Assembly (NCBI GenBank): GCA_016870355.1 | Contig: VGBR01000011.1 | Coordinates: forward strand, 33,140-97,139 | Reading direction: 5' to 3' | Source: Actinomycetota bacterium | Lineage (GTDB): Bacteria > Actinomycetota > Acidimicrobiia > IMCC26256 > PALSA-555 | DNA: 64,000 nt | Shown: one piece after another, positions 35,798-47,121 of the stretch | Layout: every line of letters starts with the position of its first letter | Position numbering within the stretch: position 1 is the stretch's first letter | Notes under the pieces: model-generated | Database searches by the model: none | Seen by the model: the letters and a program-made list of their open reading frames with translations, nothing else | What the model was told of the DNA's origin: nothing | Translations under genes and position numbers: made by a program

Positions 35798-37048
35798 TCC
35801 GAGATGATGGAGGCGCTCGAGAACATCGAGCGCGAGAAGGGCATCTCGGTCGAGATCATGCTCGAGGCGCTCGCGAACGCGCTTGTCACCGCCTACAAGC
35901 GGCTGCCGAGCTCGGCCGAGGAAGCGCTCGTCGAGATCGACGTCGAGACCGGCGACATCAAGGTGATCGCGCAGGAGCTCGACGAAGAGGGGCATGTCGT
36001 CCGAGAGTGGGACGACACCCCCGACGACTTCGGTCGCATCGCCGCGCAGACCGCGAAGCAAGTGATCCTCCAGCGGATCCGCGACGCCGAGCGCGAGATG
36101 AAGTACGAGGAGTACGCCGGCCGCGAGGGCGACATCGTCACCGGCATCATCCAGCAGACCGATCAGCGCTACACGCTGCTCGACCTCGGTCGCGTGGAGG
36201 CGCTCCTCCCGCAGGCCGAGCAGGTGCAGAACGAGCGCTACGAGCACGGCTCGCGCCTCAAGGCCTACATCCTCGAGGTGCGCAAGACGGCGAAGGGCCC
36301 CCAGATCGTCGTGTCGCGCACGCACCCGGGTCTCGTGAAGCGGTTGTTCGAGCTCGAGGTGCCCGAGATCGTCGACGGTGTCGTCGAGCTCAAGGCCATC
36401 GCGCGCGAGCCCGGCCACCGCACGAAGATCGCGGTGGCGTCCAACGACAACAACGTCGACCCCGTCGGCGCCTGCGTCGGTGCGCGCGGCTCGCGCGTGC
36501 GCATGGTCGTCAACGAGCTCCGCGGTGAGAAGGTCGACATCGTCCCCTACAACAACGACGCCTCCGAGTTCGTGATGAAGGCGCTGGCCCCAGCGCGTGT
36601 CCGTGAGGTCCGCATCCACGAAGACACCGGCACCGCCGAGGTGATCGTCCCCGACTTCCAGCTGTCGCTCGCGATCGGCAAGGAAGGCCAGAACGCTCGC
36701 CTCGCGGCGCGCCTCAGCGGCTGGCGGGTCGACATCAAGAGTGAGACGCAGCTCCACGACGAGGAGTCCGGCGGCTCGGTCGAGTACGCCGAGGGTGAGT
36801 GGGTGCAGAACGAGAGCGGCGAGCTCGTGTTCCAGCCCGCAGAGGGCGGCGAGGCGATCTCGGCCGCCGAAGCGGGGTACGAAGTCACGGCCGGGGATGG
36901 CGACGGCGACGGATCGCCGCCTGCCGACGCTCCCGACGCCGCGCCGGCCGCGGAGCCTGCGGCGGAAGCCGCCGACGACACAGCCGATGCCGCAGCCGAA
37001 TCCACCGCCGCGGTGGCGCCGGCAGCAGAGGAGACCGTCGAAGGGTGA
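35792..37048 (+). CDS. nusA: Transcription termination/antitermination factor NusA
   Basis: [40 protein letters not shown]. Confidence 0.98.
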   Translation: MNSEMMEALENIEREKGISVEIMLEALANALVTAYKRLPSSAEEALVEIDVETGDIKVIAQELDEEGHVVREWDDTPDDFGRIAAQTAKQVILQRIRDAEREMKYEEYAGREGDIVTGIIQQTDQRYTLLDLGRVEALLPQAEQVQNERYEHGSRLKAYILEVRKTAKGPQIVVSRTHPGLVKRLFELEVPEIVDGVVELKAIAREPGHRTKIAVASNDNNVDPVGACVGARGSRVRMVVNELRGEKVDIVPYNNDASEFVMKALAPARVREVRIHEDTGTAEVIVPDFQLSLAIGKEGQNARLAARLSGWRVDIKSETQLHDEESGGSVEYAEGEWVQNESGELVFQPAEGGEAISAAEAGYEVTAGDGDGDGSPPADAPDAAPAAEPAAEAADDTADAAAESTAAVAPAAEETVEG

Positions 37049-37185
37049 CGGTCGCCTGCGGCGATCTGCGAGACTGGAAGACATGAGCGGCTGACACGGC
37101 GGACGGGCCGCCGACGGGCCGGACCCCTGAAGGGGGATCGGCAGACGCCGCCGCGAACACGCGGAAGAGAGAAGGCGAAGCGGCC

Positions 37186-39831
37186 TTGGCCACCAAGAAG
37201 ATCCGGATCTACGAGCTGGCGAGAGAGTTCGGCGTCGAGAACGAAGTCGTGCTCGACCTCGCCAACGAGCTCAAGATCGGGGTCAAGAGCCACTCATCGA
37301 GCATCGAGGACGCGATGGCTGATCGCGTCCGGCGCCTCGCCGACACCAAGGGCCTCCGCAAGGCGCCCGCGCCCGAGCCCGAGCCCACCAAGGCTCCGAC
37401 GCGCAAGGTCGCCAAGCAGCAGCCTGCGGAGCCCGCGCCGGTCGCGCCCGCGGCACCGGAACCTGCCGCCGAGGCACCGCAACGCGTCGTGCGCTCCACC
37501 GGCGGCATTCCCGAGGCCGACCTCCTTCCTGAGGCGCCACACCGCGTCGTGCGCTCGACGGGCGGCATCCCCGAGCCGCCGCCACCCGTGCGTGATCCCG
37601 CGCCGGCACGCCCGGCCGCGGCGAGTCCCGATGTGCGCCCCGACTTGCCGCTCGACGACAAGCCGATCCCACCGCCGCCGACGTCGTCCATGGGCAAGGT
37701 CATCCCGCCGCCCCCCGGGCAACGCCGTCCGCCGCCGGCACCCCCGAGCGGTCGCTCGTTCGCGCCCGACGCCGGCTCCGGCCCGCGTCCGCAAGGCGGC
37801 GCGGGTGGATTCACTGGTCGCGGTCGTCCGCCCGGGTCTTCGTTCCCGTCGCGTCCCGGTGGCGGCGGGCCAGGTGGTCCCGGTGGCGGGCGCGGTGGCC
37901 CTGGCGGTGGTCCGGGTGGGCGCGGTCGTCCCGGCCCGCAAGGGCAGCGACCTCGCCGCAAGAAGCGTCGCCGTCGCAACCTGGAGGAGATGGGCCCGCA
38001 GGCCGCGCCGACGCTCACGCCGCTGGACGCGCCGGTGCCCGAGGGCGAGATCGTGGTGCCGCGCGGCATCACGATCCAGGAGCTCGCGCCGAAGCTGAAC
38101 CGCAACTCCGCCGACCTCGTGCGCCTGCTGTTCGACGCGGGCGAGATGGTCACCGGCACGCAATCCCTAGCCGACGAGATGATCGAGCTGATCGCCGAGA
38201 CGCTCGGGGCCGAGGTGCTGCTCGTCGAGGCGGGCCAGGAGCAGGAGCTCGAGCTCCAGGCGCTGCTCGGCGAGGAGGAGGAGGAGGACGAGTCGCTGCT
38301 CGAGCCGCGGGCCCCGGTCGTCACGGTCATGGGTCACGTCGACCACGGCAAGACCACGCTCCTCGACCACATCCGCAACGCCAACGTGGTCGCGGGTGAG
38401 GCCGGCGGCATCACCCAGCACATCGGGGCCTACCAGGCCGAGAGGAACGGGCGCCCGATCACCTTCATCGACACACCCGGTCACGAGGCGTTCACCGCGA
38501 TGCGTCGCCGGGGGGCGCAGGCCACCGACATCGCGGTCCTCGTGGTCGCCGCCGACGACGGCGTGATGCCGCAGACGGTGGAGGCGATCAACCACGCCCG
38601 TGCGGCCGAGGTGCCGATCATCGTGGCGATCACCAAGATCGACCGCGAGGACGCCAACACCGAGCGCACCCGCCAGCAGCTCGTGGAGCAGGAGCTGGTG
38701 CCCGAGGAGTGGGGTGGCGACACGATCGTGAACGAGGTGTCGGCACCCGAAGGAGTGGGCGTCGACGAGCTGCTCGACTCGATCCTGCTCGTCGCCGACG
38801 TCGAGGAGCTGACCGCCAACCCGAACGCGCCCGCCCGGGCCTTCGTGCTCGAGTCGAACCTCGACCCGGGCCGTGGCCCCGTCGTCACCGCACTCGTCGA
38901 GCAGGGCACGCTGCGCGTCGGCGAACCGGTGGTGGCCGGCGGCGGGTGGGGACGCGTGCGTGCGATGTTCGACGACCACGGCGAGTCCGTGAAGGAAGCC
39001 GGCCCGTCGGTGCCGGTCGAGATCCTCGGCCTCGACGACGTGCCACTCGCGGGCGACGAGCTGCGCGTCGCACCCGACGAGAAGGTGGCGCGCACGGTCG
39101 CCGAAGCCCGCTCTCACCGCCGCCGCGCTGCGAGCCTGGCCCACCCGACGATCCTGTCGGGCGGTGCACGGCTCGAGGACATCTTCGCGATGGTGCAGCG
39201 AGGCGAGGTCGCCACCCTCAACCTCGTGCTCAAGGCCGACATGCAGGGTTCGCTCGAGGCGCTCACCGACGCGCTTCGCAAGCTCGACCAGGAGCACGAA
39301 GAGGTGCGGCTCTCGTTCGTGCACCGGGGTGTCGGCGGCATCACCGAGTCCGACGTCGACCTCGGCGCGGTCTCCAACGCCACGGTGATCGGCTTCAACG
39401 TGCGTCCGAACCGTCTGGCCCGCGAGCGCGCCGAGGCCGACAAGGTGGAGCTGCGCCTCTACGAAGTCATCTATCAGGTGCTCGAAGACGTCAACAACGC
39501 GCTCGTCGGCATGCTCCAGCCCGAGTTCGAAGAGGCGGTCACGGGCGAAGCCGAGGTCCGCGAGGTGTTCTCGGTGCCGCGTGTCGGCAAGATCGCCGGG
39601 TGCTACGTGCGCGACGGTGCGATCACCCGGGGGTCGCGTGTCCGCTTCCTCCGTGACGGCGTCGTCATCTGGAACGGCACCATCCAATCACTGAAGCGCT
39701 TCAAGGACGACGTGCGCGACGTGCAGTCGGGCTTCGAGTGCGGCATCGGGCTGTCGGACTTCCAGGACCTCAAGCAGGGCGACGTCATCGAGACCTACGA
39801 GCTCAAGGAGATCGCCCGCGCCGCGTCCTGA
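37186..39831 (+). CDS. infB: Translation initiation factor IF-2
   Basis: RIYELA N-terminus, [22 protein letters not shown]; TTG start. Confidence 0.98.
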   Translation: MATKKIRIYELAREFGVENEVVLDLANELKIGVKSHSSSIEDAMADRVRRLADTKGLRKAPAPEPEPTKAPTRKVAKQQPAEPAPVAPAAPEPAAEAPQRVVRSTGGIPEADLLPEAPHRVVRSTGGIPEPPPPVRDPAPARPAAASPDVRPDLPLDDKPIPPPPTSSMGKVIPPPPGQRRPPPAPPSGRSFAPDAGSGPRPQGGAGGFTGRGRPPGSSFPSRPGGGGPGGPGGGRGGPGGGPGGRGRPGPQGQRPRRKKRRRRNLEEMGPQAAPTLTPLDAPVPEGEIVVPRGITIQELAPKLNRNSADLVRLLFDAGEMVTGTQSLADEMIELIAETLGAEVLLVEAGQEQELELQALLGEEEEEDESLLEPRAPVVTVMGHVDHGKTTLLDHIRNANVVAGEAGGITQHIGAYQAERNGRPITFIDTPGHEAFTAMRRRGAQATDIAVLVVAADDGVMPQTVEAINHARAAEVPIIVAITKIDREDANTERTRQQLVEQELVPEEWGGDTIVNEVSAPEGVGVDELLDSILLVADVEELTANPNAPARAFVLESNLDPGRGPVVTALVEQGTLRVGEPVVAGGGWGRVRAMFDDHGESVKEAGPSVPVEILGLDDVPLAGDELRVAPDEKVARTVAEARSHRRRAASLAHPTILSGGARLEDIFAMVQRGEVATLNLVLKADMQGSLEALTDALRKLDQEHEEVRLSFVHRGVGGITESDVDLGAVSNATVIGFNVRPNRLARERAEADKVELRLYEVIYQVLEDVNNALVGMLQPEFEEAVTGEAEVREVFSVPRVGKIAGCYVRDGAITRGSRVRFLRDGVVIWNGTIQSLKRFKDDVRDVQSGFECGIGLSDFQDLKQGDVIETYELKEIARAAS
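37471..37575 (+). repeat. Internal tandem duplication in infB (60-bp period, [11 protein letters not shown] twice)
   Basis: 37471-37515 and 37531-37575 encode near-identical peptides. Confidence 0.85.
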
Positions 39832-39846
39832 CGGCGAGCGCGGCGC

Positions 39847-40311
39847 TCAGCTGGTCGGTGACGAAAGCCGTCCCCGAGCGCGACTCGAATCCTTCACCGC
39901 AACGTGGCGACCCGCGCGGGCGAGACCTCGCGCCGGCATGTTGTCGTAGATGACCTCGTACTTCCCGGGCGCGATCACGTAGGTCTCGTGCCAGATGCCC
40001 GCTTCACCGGTGCGGTGCGCGAGCTTGGTGTAGGTGCGCCACTGCTCGAGATGAGGATCCGGGTCGTGCGCGAACGCTTCGAGGGCCTCGAACGAGCGCC
40101 AGTACTGGATGCTCGTGAACCCGGCGGTCTCCTGGTGGAGCATCCCCTTCTCCGGGTGGGCTTCGAGGTGCTTGACCATCTTCTTCAGGTTCCCGAGCGC
40201 GCGGAGCGCCTTCACGAGCCGCCATGGCTTGTTGACCCGTGCGCCGATGATGAAGACGACGAACTCGCCGTCGATGTCGGCCGTGTACCGACCGGGTGTG
40301 TACTTCGCCAT
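39847..40311 (-). CDS. DUF4188 family (monooxygenase-like) protein
   Basis: FVVFIIG.R.N, QYWRSFEAL, GIWHETY, YE.IY.NMP..GL. Confidence 0.85.
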   Translation of the reverse strand: MAKYTPGRYTADIDGEFVVFIIGARVNKPWRLVKALRALGNLKKMVKHLEAHPEKGMLHQETAGFTSIQYWRSFEALEAFAHDPDPHLEQWRTYTKLAHRTGEAGIWHETYVIAPGKYEVIYDNMPARGLARAGRHVAVKDSSRARGRLSSPTS

Positions 40312-40375
40312 GGTGTGCCTCCCCCTGAGTGCCCGTGTCTCATCGGGCCGGCGCGGATCGGCACAATAGAGAGGT

Positions 40376-40687
40376 ATGCACGCCGCCGCCGTTCGCTTCG
40401 AGCTCTTCGTGCCGGAGTCCCGGTCGTTGAAGGCCAAGCGTGCCGCGATCCGGCCCATCGTCGACTCGTTGCGGCACAAGCACCATCTGTCGGTCGCCGA
40501 AGTCGACCATCAGGACACCTGGCAGCGGGCCGCGATCGCGGTGGCCGTCGTCGCCGAGAGCGACGGGCACCTGCGCGAGCTCCTGGCCGGCGTCGACCGG
40601 TTGATCGCCAACGCCCCGGGTGTCGAGCTCCTCGACACCGAGACGGCCTGGCTCGACCCCGATCCGGCCCCGCTCGGGGAGGTCTGA
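40376..40687 (+). CDS. DUF503 (YlxP) family protein
   Basis: SLKAKR, SVAEVDHQD.WQRA; position before rbfA. Confidence 0.9.
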   Translation: MHAAAVRFELFVPESRSLKAKRAAIRPIVDSLRHKHHLSVAEVDHQDTWQRAAIAVAVVAESDGHLRELLAGVDRLIANAPGVELLDTETAWLDPDPAPLGEV

Positions 40688-41043
40688 TGCCGTCCGCGCG
40701 TCGCTACCCCCGGACCTTGCGTGTCAACGAGGTCGTGCGAGAGGCGCTGGCCGATGATCTGGAGCGGCTGTCCGATCCGCGCCTGGAGATGGTCACGATC
40801 ACCGGTGTCGACGTGAGCCCCGACCTTCGTCATGCCACGGTCTGGTACGCGGCGCTCGGCCGCCACGACGACGAAGTCGGCGCCGCGCTGCGCTCGGCGG
40901 GCCCGCACCTGCGCGCGACGCTCGGTCGCCAGGTGCGCTTGAAGTACCTTCCAGAGCTGCACTTCCGCGAGGACCCAGCGATCGAAGCGGGCCAACGCGT
41001 CGAAGACATCATCCGCGAGCTCCACCGCGACCAGGATTCCTGA
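40687..41043 (+). CDS. rbfA: Ribosome-binding factor A
   Basis: DPRL..VTIT.V.VSPDLRHA, LKYLPELHF..D. Confidence 0.96.
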   Translation: MPSARRYPRTLRVNEVVREALADDLERLSDPRLEMVTITGVDVSPDLRHATVWYAALGRHDDEVGAALRSAGPHLRATLGRQVRLKYLPELHFREDPAIEAGQRVEDIIRELHRDQDS

Positions 41044-42026
41044 TGCCGAGCCCCTCCATCCCGCCGATCGAAGAGGTGCCGCTGTCGACCGCGGCCGCGG
41101 CCATCGACGCCGCCCCGCGCGTCGCGCTGGCGTGCCATGTAAGTCCTGACGGCGACGCGTTGGGATCGATGCTCGGGCTGTTCCATGTGCTTCGCGCGGC
41201 TGGGCGTGACGTGGTGGCGTCGTTCCCGCCGCCGTTCATCGTCGCGGCGCACTATCGCGAGCTCCCTGGCCTGGACCTTCTCGTCGCGCCGGAGCACTTT
41301 CCCGAAGAGCCCGACGTGATGGTCACCTTCGACTGCGGATCACTCGGCCGCCTCGGCGACCTCGAGCGGTCGGCCAAGGCTGCGCGCGAGCTGATCGTCA
41401 TCGACCACCACATCTCGAACGACCGGTACGGGACGATCAATCTCGTCGAGCCGGACGCGGCCGCAAGCGGGTGGGTCGTGCTCCGGCTGATCGACGAGCT
41501 GGGGCTTCCCCTCAACCGTGACGCGGCCGTCGCGCTCTACGCCGCGCTCGTGTGTGACACCGGACGGTTCCAGTACGAGACCACTACGCCCGCCGTGTTC
41601 GACATGGCGCGTCGGCTCACGGAGTTCGAGGTGCCGGTGTCGCGGTTGAGCCGCACCCTCTTCGAGGAGCACCGATTCGCGTACCTGCGCTTGCTCGGCG
41701 ATGCGCTCGGGTCGGCAGAGCTGGTGCGCGAGCAGCGCTTCGTGTGGACCGCCATCACCCAGGAGATGCTCCAGCGCCACGAGGTGGAGATGGAAGAGGT
41801 CGAAGGCCTCATCGACATCCTTCGCCGCGCCGCGGAGGCCGAGGTGACGTGCGTCCTCAAGGAAGAGCGTGACGGCACGGTGCGCGTGAGCCTGCGCTCC
41901 CTCGGTGACGTCGATGTCTGCCGCATCGCCGAGGCGCACGGCGGGGGTGGGCACCGCTTCGCCGCCGGGTTCAGCTCCGATCTCCCCATCGCCGACGTCG
42001 TGGCCCGAGTGCGCGCTGCTCTGTAG
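41043..42026 (+). CDS. nrnA: DHH/DHHA1 oligoribonuclease-PAP phosphatase NrnA
   Basis: H..PDGDALGS, IDHH, DTGRF, GGGH motifs. Confidence 0.92.
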   Translation: MPSPSIPPIEEVPLSTAAAAIDAAPRVALACHVSPDGDALGSMLGLFHVLRAAGRDVVASFPPPFIVAAHYRELPGLDLLVAPEHFPEEPDVMVTFDCGSLGRLGDLERSAKAARELIVIDHHISNDRYGTINLVEPDAAASGWVVLRLIDELGLPLNRDAAVALYAALVCDTGRFQYETTTPAVFDMARRLTEFEVPVSRLSRTLFEEHRFAYLRLLGDALGSAELVREQRFVWTAITQEMLQRHEVEMEEVEGLIDILRRAAEAEVTCVLKEERDGTVRVSLRSLGDVDVCRIAEAHGGGGHRFAAGFSSDLPIADVVARVRAAL

Positions 42027-42050
42027 ATGTCGCACCAGGTCTAGTACCCG

Positions 42051-42938
42051 ATGATGTGGGACGGGTTGGTGGTCGTCGACAAGCCGACTGGCTTCACGTC
42101 GCACGATGTCGTCGCGAAGCTGCGCAAGATCTACGGGCAGAGGCGGGTTGGGCACGCCGGAACGCTTGATCCCGATGCCACGGGTGTGTTGCTCGTCGGG
42201 CTGGGTCGCGTCACGCGACTGCTCAAGTACCTCCAGGCCTCGGGGAAGGAGTACCGCGCCGACGTGCGCTTCGGCGTCGCGACCAGCACGCTCGATGCCG
42301 CGGGTGATGTGCTCGATCGCCAGGAGATGGAGTTGACGCGCGCGGAGGTCGAGCAGGCCGCCACTCGCTTCGTCGGCGACATCGAGCAGGTGCCACCGAT
42401 GGTGTCGGCGATCAAAGTGGGTGGACGCCGGCTGCACGATCTCGCTCGACGCGGTGAGGAGGTCGACCGCGCGCCGCGACCGGTGCACATCGAGCGCCTG
42501 GAGGTCGAGGAGTTCGAACCCGGCCCGTATCCGCTCGCAACCGTGTTCGTCGAGTGCGGGAGCGGCACGTACATCCGCACGCTTGCGGCCGACCTGGGTG
42601 CTGCCCTCGGTGGCGCTGCGCACATCGAGACCTTGCGCCGCCTGCGAGTTGGCACATATGGGCTCGACGAAGCGTTGACGCTGGATGTGATCGAGTCGGA
42701 TCCGAGTGCCGCGGTACGTCCACCCGCCGATGCGGTGCGTGATCTCGAGATGCTCGAGGTCGACGCCGACTCGCAGCGAGCGATCCTCCACGGCATGACG
42801 TTCCCTGCGGGTGCGCTCGGCGAGTCGGGTCCCGGCCCGTTCGCGGTGATTGGCGACCACTCAGAGCTTCTGGCCGTCTACGAGCGTCGTCGTGGCGGCG
42901 TGAAGCCATCGGTCGTGATCGCGCAGGTAGCGCAGTGA
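42051..42938 (+). CDS. truB: tRNA pseudouridine(55) synthase TruB
   Basis: DKPTGFTSHDVV, GHAGTLDP.ATG, GTYIRTLA. Confidence 0.97.
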   Translation: MMWDGLVVVDKPTGFTSHDVVAKLRKIYGQRRVGHAGTLDPDATGVLLVGLGRVTRLLKYLQASGKEYRADVRFGVATSTLDAAGDVLDRQEMELTRAEVEQAATRFVGDIEQVPPMVSAIKVGGRRLHDLARRGEEVDRAPRPVHIERLEVEEFEPGPYPLATVFVECGSGTYIRTLAADLGAALGGAAHIETLRRLRVGTYGLDEALTLDVIESDPSAAVRPPADAVRDLEMLEVDADSQRAILHGMTFPAGALGESGPGPFAVIGDHSELLAVYERRRGGVKPSVVIAQVAQ

Positions 42939-43894
42939 ACGTCGTCTACGACCTCGTCGGGCACACGCCCGCCGAGACGGGTGCGGTCGTGACCATCGGT
43001 GCCTATGACGGCGTGCACCTCGGTCATCAAGCCGTGCTCCGGCTGGTGCGCGAGCTGGCCACCGCCCGCGATCGCGAAGCCGTGTGCCTGACGTTCGATC
43101 GGCATCCCGCCGAGGTCGTGCGGCCCGAGTCGGCGCCGAAGGAGCTGACCGAACTCGATCAGAAGCTCGAGCTGCTTGCAGCCACCGGGTTCGTCGACAC
43201 CGTCTGCGTGCTCACCTTCGACAAGGAGCGCAGCAAGGAGCCCGCCCAAGACTTCGTGCGCGCCGATCTGGTCGACGGCCTTGGCGCGCGCCAGGTCGTC
43301 GTCGGCGCCGACTTCCACTTCGGTCACCGCCGCCACGGCAACGTCCGACTGCTGGAGCAGATGGGAGCCGAGCTCGGATTCGAGGTCGTGGGTCTCGGCC
43401 TCGTCACCGCGGTCGACGATCCCACGGCCCTTCCGTACTCGTCGACGCAGGTGCGCGAGCTGCTCGCCGCGGGCGACGTGCGCGCCGCGGCACAGGTCCT
43501 CGGCCGACCACCGCGCCCGCACGAGGTGCGCGGACCGGTCGAGCGCGGCGACGCGCGTGGTCGCGAGCTCGGCTTCCCCACGGCGAACGTCGCCGTCCCT
43601 GAGCGCGTCTGCCTCCCCGCGGACGGGATCTACGCCGGCACCTTCCTCGGCGAAGACGGCGTCGAGCGCCCCGCGGCGATTTCGCTGGGGCGGCGGCCGA
43701 CCTTCTACGTGGACGCGAAGAAGTCGCTCCTCGAGGCGTTCGTGCTCGACTTCGAGGGCGACCTCTACGGCCAGCAGGTGAAGGTGCGATTCGTCGAGCG
43801 CATCCGCGGTGAGGAGCAGTTCGACTCCGTCGAGGCTCTCGTGGAGCAGATGACCAAGGACGTCGAAGCGACCCGCGGGATCCTCGCCCCCTGA
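42935..43894 (+). CDS. ribF: Bifunctional riboflavin kinase/FAD synthetase
   Basis: G.YDGVHLGHQ, GRELGFPTAN, DLYG. Confidence 0.97.
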   Translation: MNVVYDLVGHTPAETGAVVTIGAYDGVHLGHQAVLRLVRELATARDREAVCLTFDRHPAEVVRPESAPKELTELDQKLELLAATGFVDTVCVLTFDKERSKEPAQDFVRADLVDGLGARQVVVGADFHFGHRRHGNVRLLEQMGAELGFEVVGLGLVTAVDDPTALPYSSTQVRELLAAGDVRAAAQVLGRPPRPHEVRGPVERGDARGRELGFPTANVAVPERVCLPADGIYAGTFLGEDGVERPAAISLGRRPTFYVDAKKSLLEAFVLDFEGDLYGQQVKVRFVERIRGEEQFDSVEALVEQMTKDVEATRGILAP

Positions 43895-44149
43895 CGCGCG
43901 CCGCCGGATCAGCGCTCGTCGATGTCCTCGCAGGTCCACTCGTGAGGCAGGAGGGGAGGTTCCCCTGCACGACTTCGATCGGCACCCGCCCCATGTGTCC
44001 TCGGGCCGGCTGCCCTGCGGAGGCGGCGGCTGTGCCGACCGCCGTAGCAGGAGCCGTCGCTCCGACGGCGACCAAGAGAGCCTGGTAGCCTGATCCGGTT
44101 CCGGCCACCGGGCTGGAGCACCTTCCACTGCAAGGCACTTCTGCGACGC

Positions 44150-44407
44150 ATGCCCGACACAGCCTCCACGATCGCTGAGCACCGCCGCCACGAGACCGAC
44201 ACCGGCTCGGCGGAGGTCCAGATCGCGCTCCTCACCGAGCGCGTCAACCACCTCACGGAGCACCTGAAGGTCCACACCAAGGACCATCACTCGCGCCGTG
44301 GGCTGCTCATGCTCGTGGGCCGGCGCCGTCGGCTGCTCGACTACCTCCGACGCAACGACGTCGACCGGTATCGCGCGCTGATCGCCAAGCTGGGCCTGCG
44401 GCGGTAA
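44150..44407 (+). CDS. rpsO: 30S ribosomal protein S15
   Basis: [28 protein letters not shown]; candidate -10 TAGCCT at 44086-44091. Confidence 0.98.
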   Translation: MPDTASTIAEHRRHETDTGSAEVQIALLTERVNHLTEHLKVHTKDHHSRRGLLMLVGRRRRLLDYLRRNDVDRYRALIAKLGLRR

Positions 44408-44564
44408 GGACCAGGGGCGCGGAACGTCCGCACCCCGTCTCGCAAGACGCGAGCAACGAGCGGCGTCGGTTGTCAGTCGCCAGCGCCCGGGCTCGACCCT
44501 GTCGAGTCCGGACCCTGCCAACTGGGAACCGCCGCTCTCGCCAACAAGAGAGGAGCGGCATCCC

Positions 44565-47054
44565 ATGGCGGACGCCATCCGAGTATCCGGTCCCGTCACC
44601 GAGGCCGGCAAGACCATGTCCTTCGAGACCGGCCGGCTCGCGCAGCTGGCCGACGGCGCGGTCGTCGTCCAGCTGGGCGAGACCACGCTGCTGACCACCG
44701 TCGTCACGAGCAAGCCACGAGACGGCATCGACTTCTTCCCGCTGACGGTCGACGTCGAAGAGCGCATGTACGCCGCGGGCAAGATCCCCGGCTCGTTCTT
44801 CCGTCGTGAGGGTCGTCCCGGCGAGCAAGCGATCCTGACGTGCCGGCTCACCGACCGCCCGCTGCGCCCGTCGTTCCCCGACGGATTCCGCAACGAGGTG
44901 CAGGTGATCTCCACGATCCTCGGCGCCGACCTCGAGAACCCGCACGACGTCGCGTCGATCAACGGCGCGTCGGCTGCGCTGATGATCTCGGGCATCCCGT
45001 TCAACGGCCCGATCGGCGCGGTGCGCATCGCGCAGGTCGGCGGCGAGTGGGTTGCGCACCCGACGTACCAGCAAGGTGACGAAGCCACGTTCGAGATGGT
45101 CGTCGCCGGCCGTCAGCTCGACGACGGTGACGTCGCGATCATGATGGTCGAGGCCGGCGGCACCGACGCCACCTGGACGCTGTACGAAGGCGGTGCACCG
45201 AAGGTCACCGAAGAGGTGATCACCGCGGGTCTCGAGGCATCGAAGGAGTGGATCAAGGCTTCGATCGGCCTCCAGAACGAGCTCGTGCAGAAGGTCGTCG
45301 CCGCGAACGGGCCGATCACGCCGAAGTCCTACGAGCCGAACGTCGACTACCAGCCCGACGCGTTCGACGCGGTGGCCGACAAGGCACGTGCTGGCACGTC
45401 CGATGCGATGAAGATCGCCGACAAGCACGACCGCAACGAGAAGCTCGACGAGATCGAGGCCTCGTTGGTTGCCGAGCTCGTGGGCACCGACGACGCGCCG
45501 GGCACGTTCGCCGGCCGGCGCAGCGAGATCAAGGGCGCGTTCCGCTCGCTTCAGAAGCAGATCGTGCGCACCCGCATCGTCGAGGAAGGCGTGCGGATCG
45601 ACGGTCGTGGCACTGCCGACCTGCGTCCGATCTCCGCCGAGGTCGGCATCATCCCGACGTCACACGGTGACGGACTCTTCCAACGGGGTGAGACGCAGGT
45701 GCTGAGCGTCACGACGCTCGGCATGCCCCGCATGGAGCAGATGCTCGACACGATCGGCACCGACGATCGCAAGCGCTACATGCACCACTACAACTTCCCG
45801 CCGTTCTCCACCGGTGAGACTGGGCGCGTCGGGTCGCCGAAGCGCCGCGAGATCGGTCACGGTGCGCTGGCCGAGCGGGCGATCGTGCCGATCCTCCCCA
45901 ACGCCGAGGAGTGGTCGTACACGATGCGCGTCGTCTCCGACGTGCTCGCATCGAACGGGTCCACGTCGATGGCATCGGTCTGTGGCTCGACCCTGTCGCT
46001 GATGGACGGCGGTGTGCCGATCAAGGCCCCGGTCGCCGGCATCGCGATGGGCCTCGTCTACCACGAGGGCAAGTACGTGACGCTGACCGACATCCTCGGA
46101 GCCGAGGACGCGTTCGGCGACATGGACTTCAAAGTGGCGGGTACCGACGAATTCGTGACCGCACTCCAGCTCGACACGAAGATCGACGGCCTCCCCGCCG
46201 ACGTGCTCGCGCAGGCGCTCACACAGGCCAAGGAAGCCCGACTGAAGATCCTCGAAGTGATGAAGGGCGCGATCTCCGAACCTCGTTCGGACGTGCGCCG
46301 CAGCGCACCGAAGATCATCAGCTTCGAGATCCCGATGGACAAGATCGGCGAAGTGATCGGGCCCAAGGGCAAGGTCATCAACACGATCACCCAGGAGACC
46401 GGTGCCGACGTGTCGGTCAGCGACGACGGCGTCGTCGGGCGGGTGTCGATCGGTTCGAAGGACGGCGAGTCGGTCGAGGAGGCGAAGCGGCGGATCGAGC
46501 TCATCCTCGACCCACCGACCGCCGAGCTGGGCGCCAACTACAGCGGACGAGTCGTGAACATCACCAAGTTCGGCGCGTTCGTGAACATCCTTCCCGGCCG
46601 CGACGGGCTGCTCCACATCTCCAAGCTCGGTGGCGGCAAGCGCATCGACCGGGTCGAGGACGTGCTCAACCTCGGTGACGAGGTCGAGGTGCGTGTCGAC
46701 GACATCGACAGCGGGGGCAAGCTCTCGCTGAGCATGGTCGGCCCCGACGGCGAGGTGATCGGCGGCGGCGGATCGGGTGACGGCGACGACCGTCCTGCGC
46801 GCCGCGAGCGCTCACCGCGGCCTCGTCGGGACGACGGCGACGACGAAGGGTCCGGAAACGGCGACCGGCCCGAGCGGTCGGGCTCGACCGCCAAGGGGGC
46901 CTCGTTCGAGGACCAGTGGGAGGCCCAGGCCAAAGAGGAGTACGGCGACCTCGGTCCGGCCGAGGCGGCTCGCTCCGGCAGTGGTGGGGGCGGCGGCCCC
47001 CGGCGCGGTGGCGGTGGGGGCGGCTCCCGCCGAGGAGGTCGCGGTCGCCGATAG
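44565..47054 (+). CDS. pnp: Polyribonucleotide nucleotidyltransferase
   Basis: FFPLTVD, FFRREGRP, SNGSTSMASVC, DMDFKVAG, KH and S1 domains, RGG tail. Confidence 0.98.
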   Translation: MADAIRVSGPVTEAGKTMSFETGRLAQLADGAVVVQLGETTLLTTVVTSKPRDGIDFFPLTVDVEERMYAAGKIPGSFFRREGRPGEQAILTCRLTDRPLRPSFPDGFRNEVQVISTILGADLENPHDVASINGASAALMISGIPFNGPIGAVRIAQVGGEWVAHPTYQQGDEATFEMVVAGRQLDDGDVAIMMVEAGGTDATWTLYEGGAPKVTEEVITAGLEASKEWIKASIGLQNELVQKVVAANGPITPKSYEPNVDYQPDAFDAVADKARAGTSDAMKIADKHDRNEKLDEIEASLVAELVGTDDAPGTFAGRRSEIKGAFRSLQKQIVRTRIVEEGVRIDGRGTADLRPISAEVGIIPTSHGDGLFQRGETQVLSVTTLGMPRMEQMLDTIGTDDRKRYMHHYNFPPFSTGETGRVGSPKRREIGHGALAERAIVPILPNAEEWSYTMRVVSDVLASNGSTSMASVCGSTLSLMDGGVPIKAPVAGIAMGLVYHEGKYVTLTDILGAEDAFGDMDFKVAGTDEFVTALQLDTKIDGLPADVLAQALTQAKEARLKILEVMKGAISEPRSDVRRSAPKIISFEIPMDKIGEVIGPKGKVINTITQETGADVSVSDDGVVGRVSIGSKDGESVEEAKRRIELILDPPTAELGANYSGRVVNITKFGAFVNILPGRDGLLHISKLGGGKRIDRVEDVLNLGDEVEVRVDDIDSGGKLSLSMVGPDGEVIGGGGSGDGDDRPARRERSPRPRRDDGDDEGSGNGDRPERSGSTAKGASFEDQWEAQAKEEYGDLGPAEAARSGSGGGGGPRRGGGGGGSRRGGRGRR

Positions 47055-47121
47055 CGACCGTCGGCGAGACCAACTAGGAAAAGGCCTTCATGCCCCCTGG
47101 TTCGGCGCCGATCCAAGACTG

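Noticed and set aside
43900-44080. Possible ncRNA between ribF and rpsO
   Set aside because: Only weak GC-rich hairpins; resemblance to the post-frr hairpin is too slight to call.
42878-45088. Long antisense ORFs (736 aa here; also 48847-50865, 38167-39687, 29021-30514, 5808-7547)
   Set aside because: They are shadows of real genes in high-GC DNA and show no recognisable motifs.
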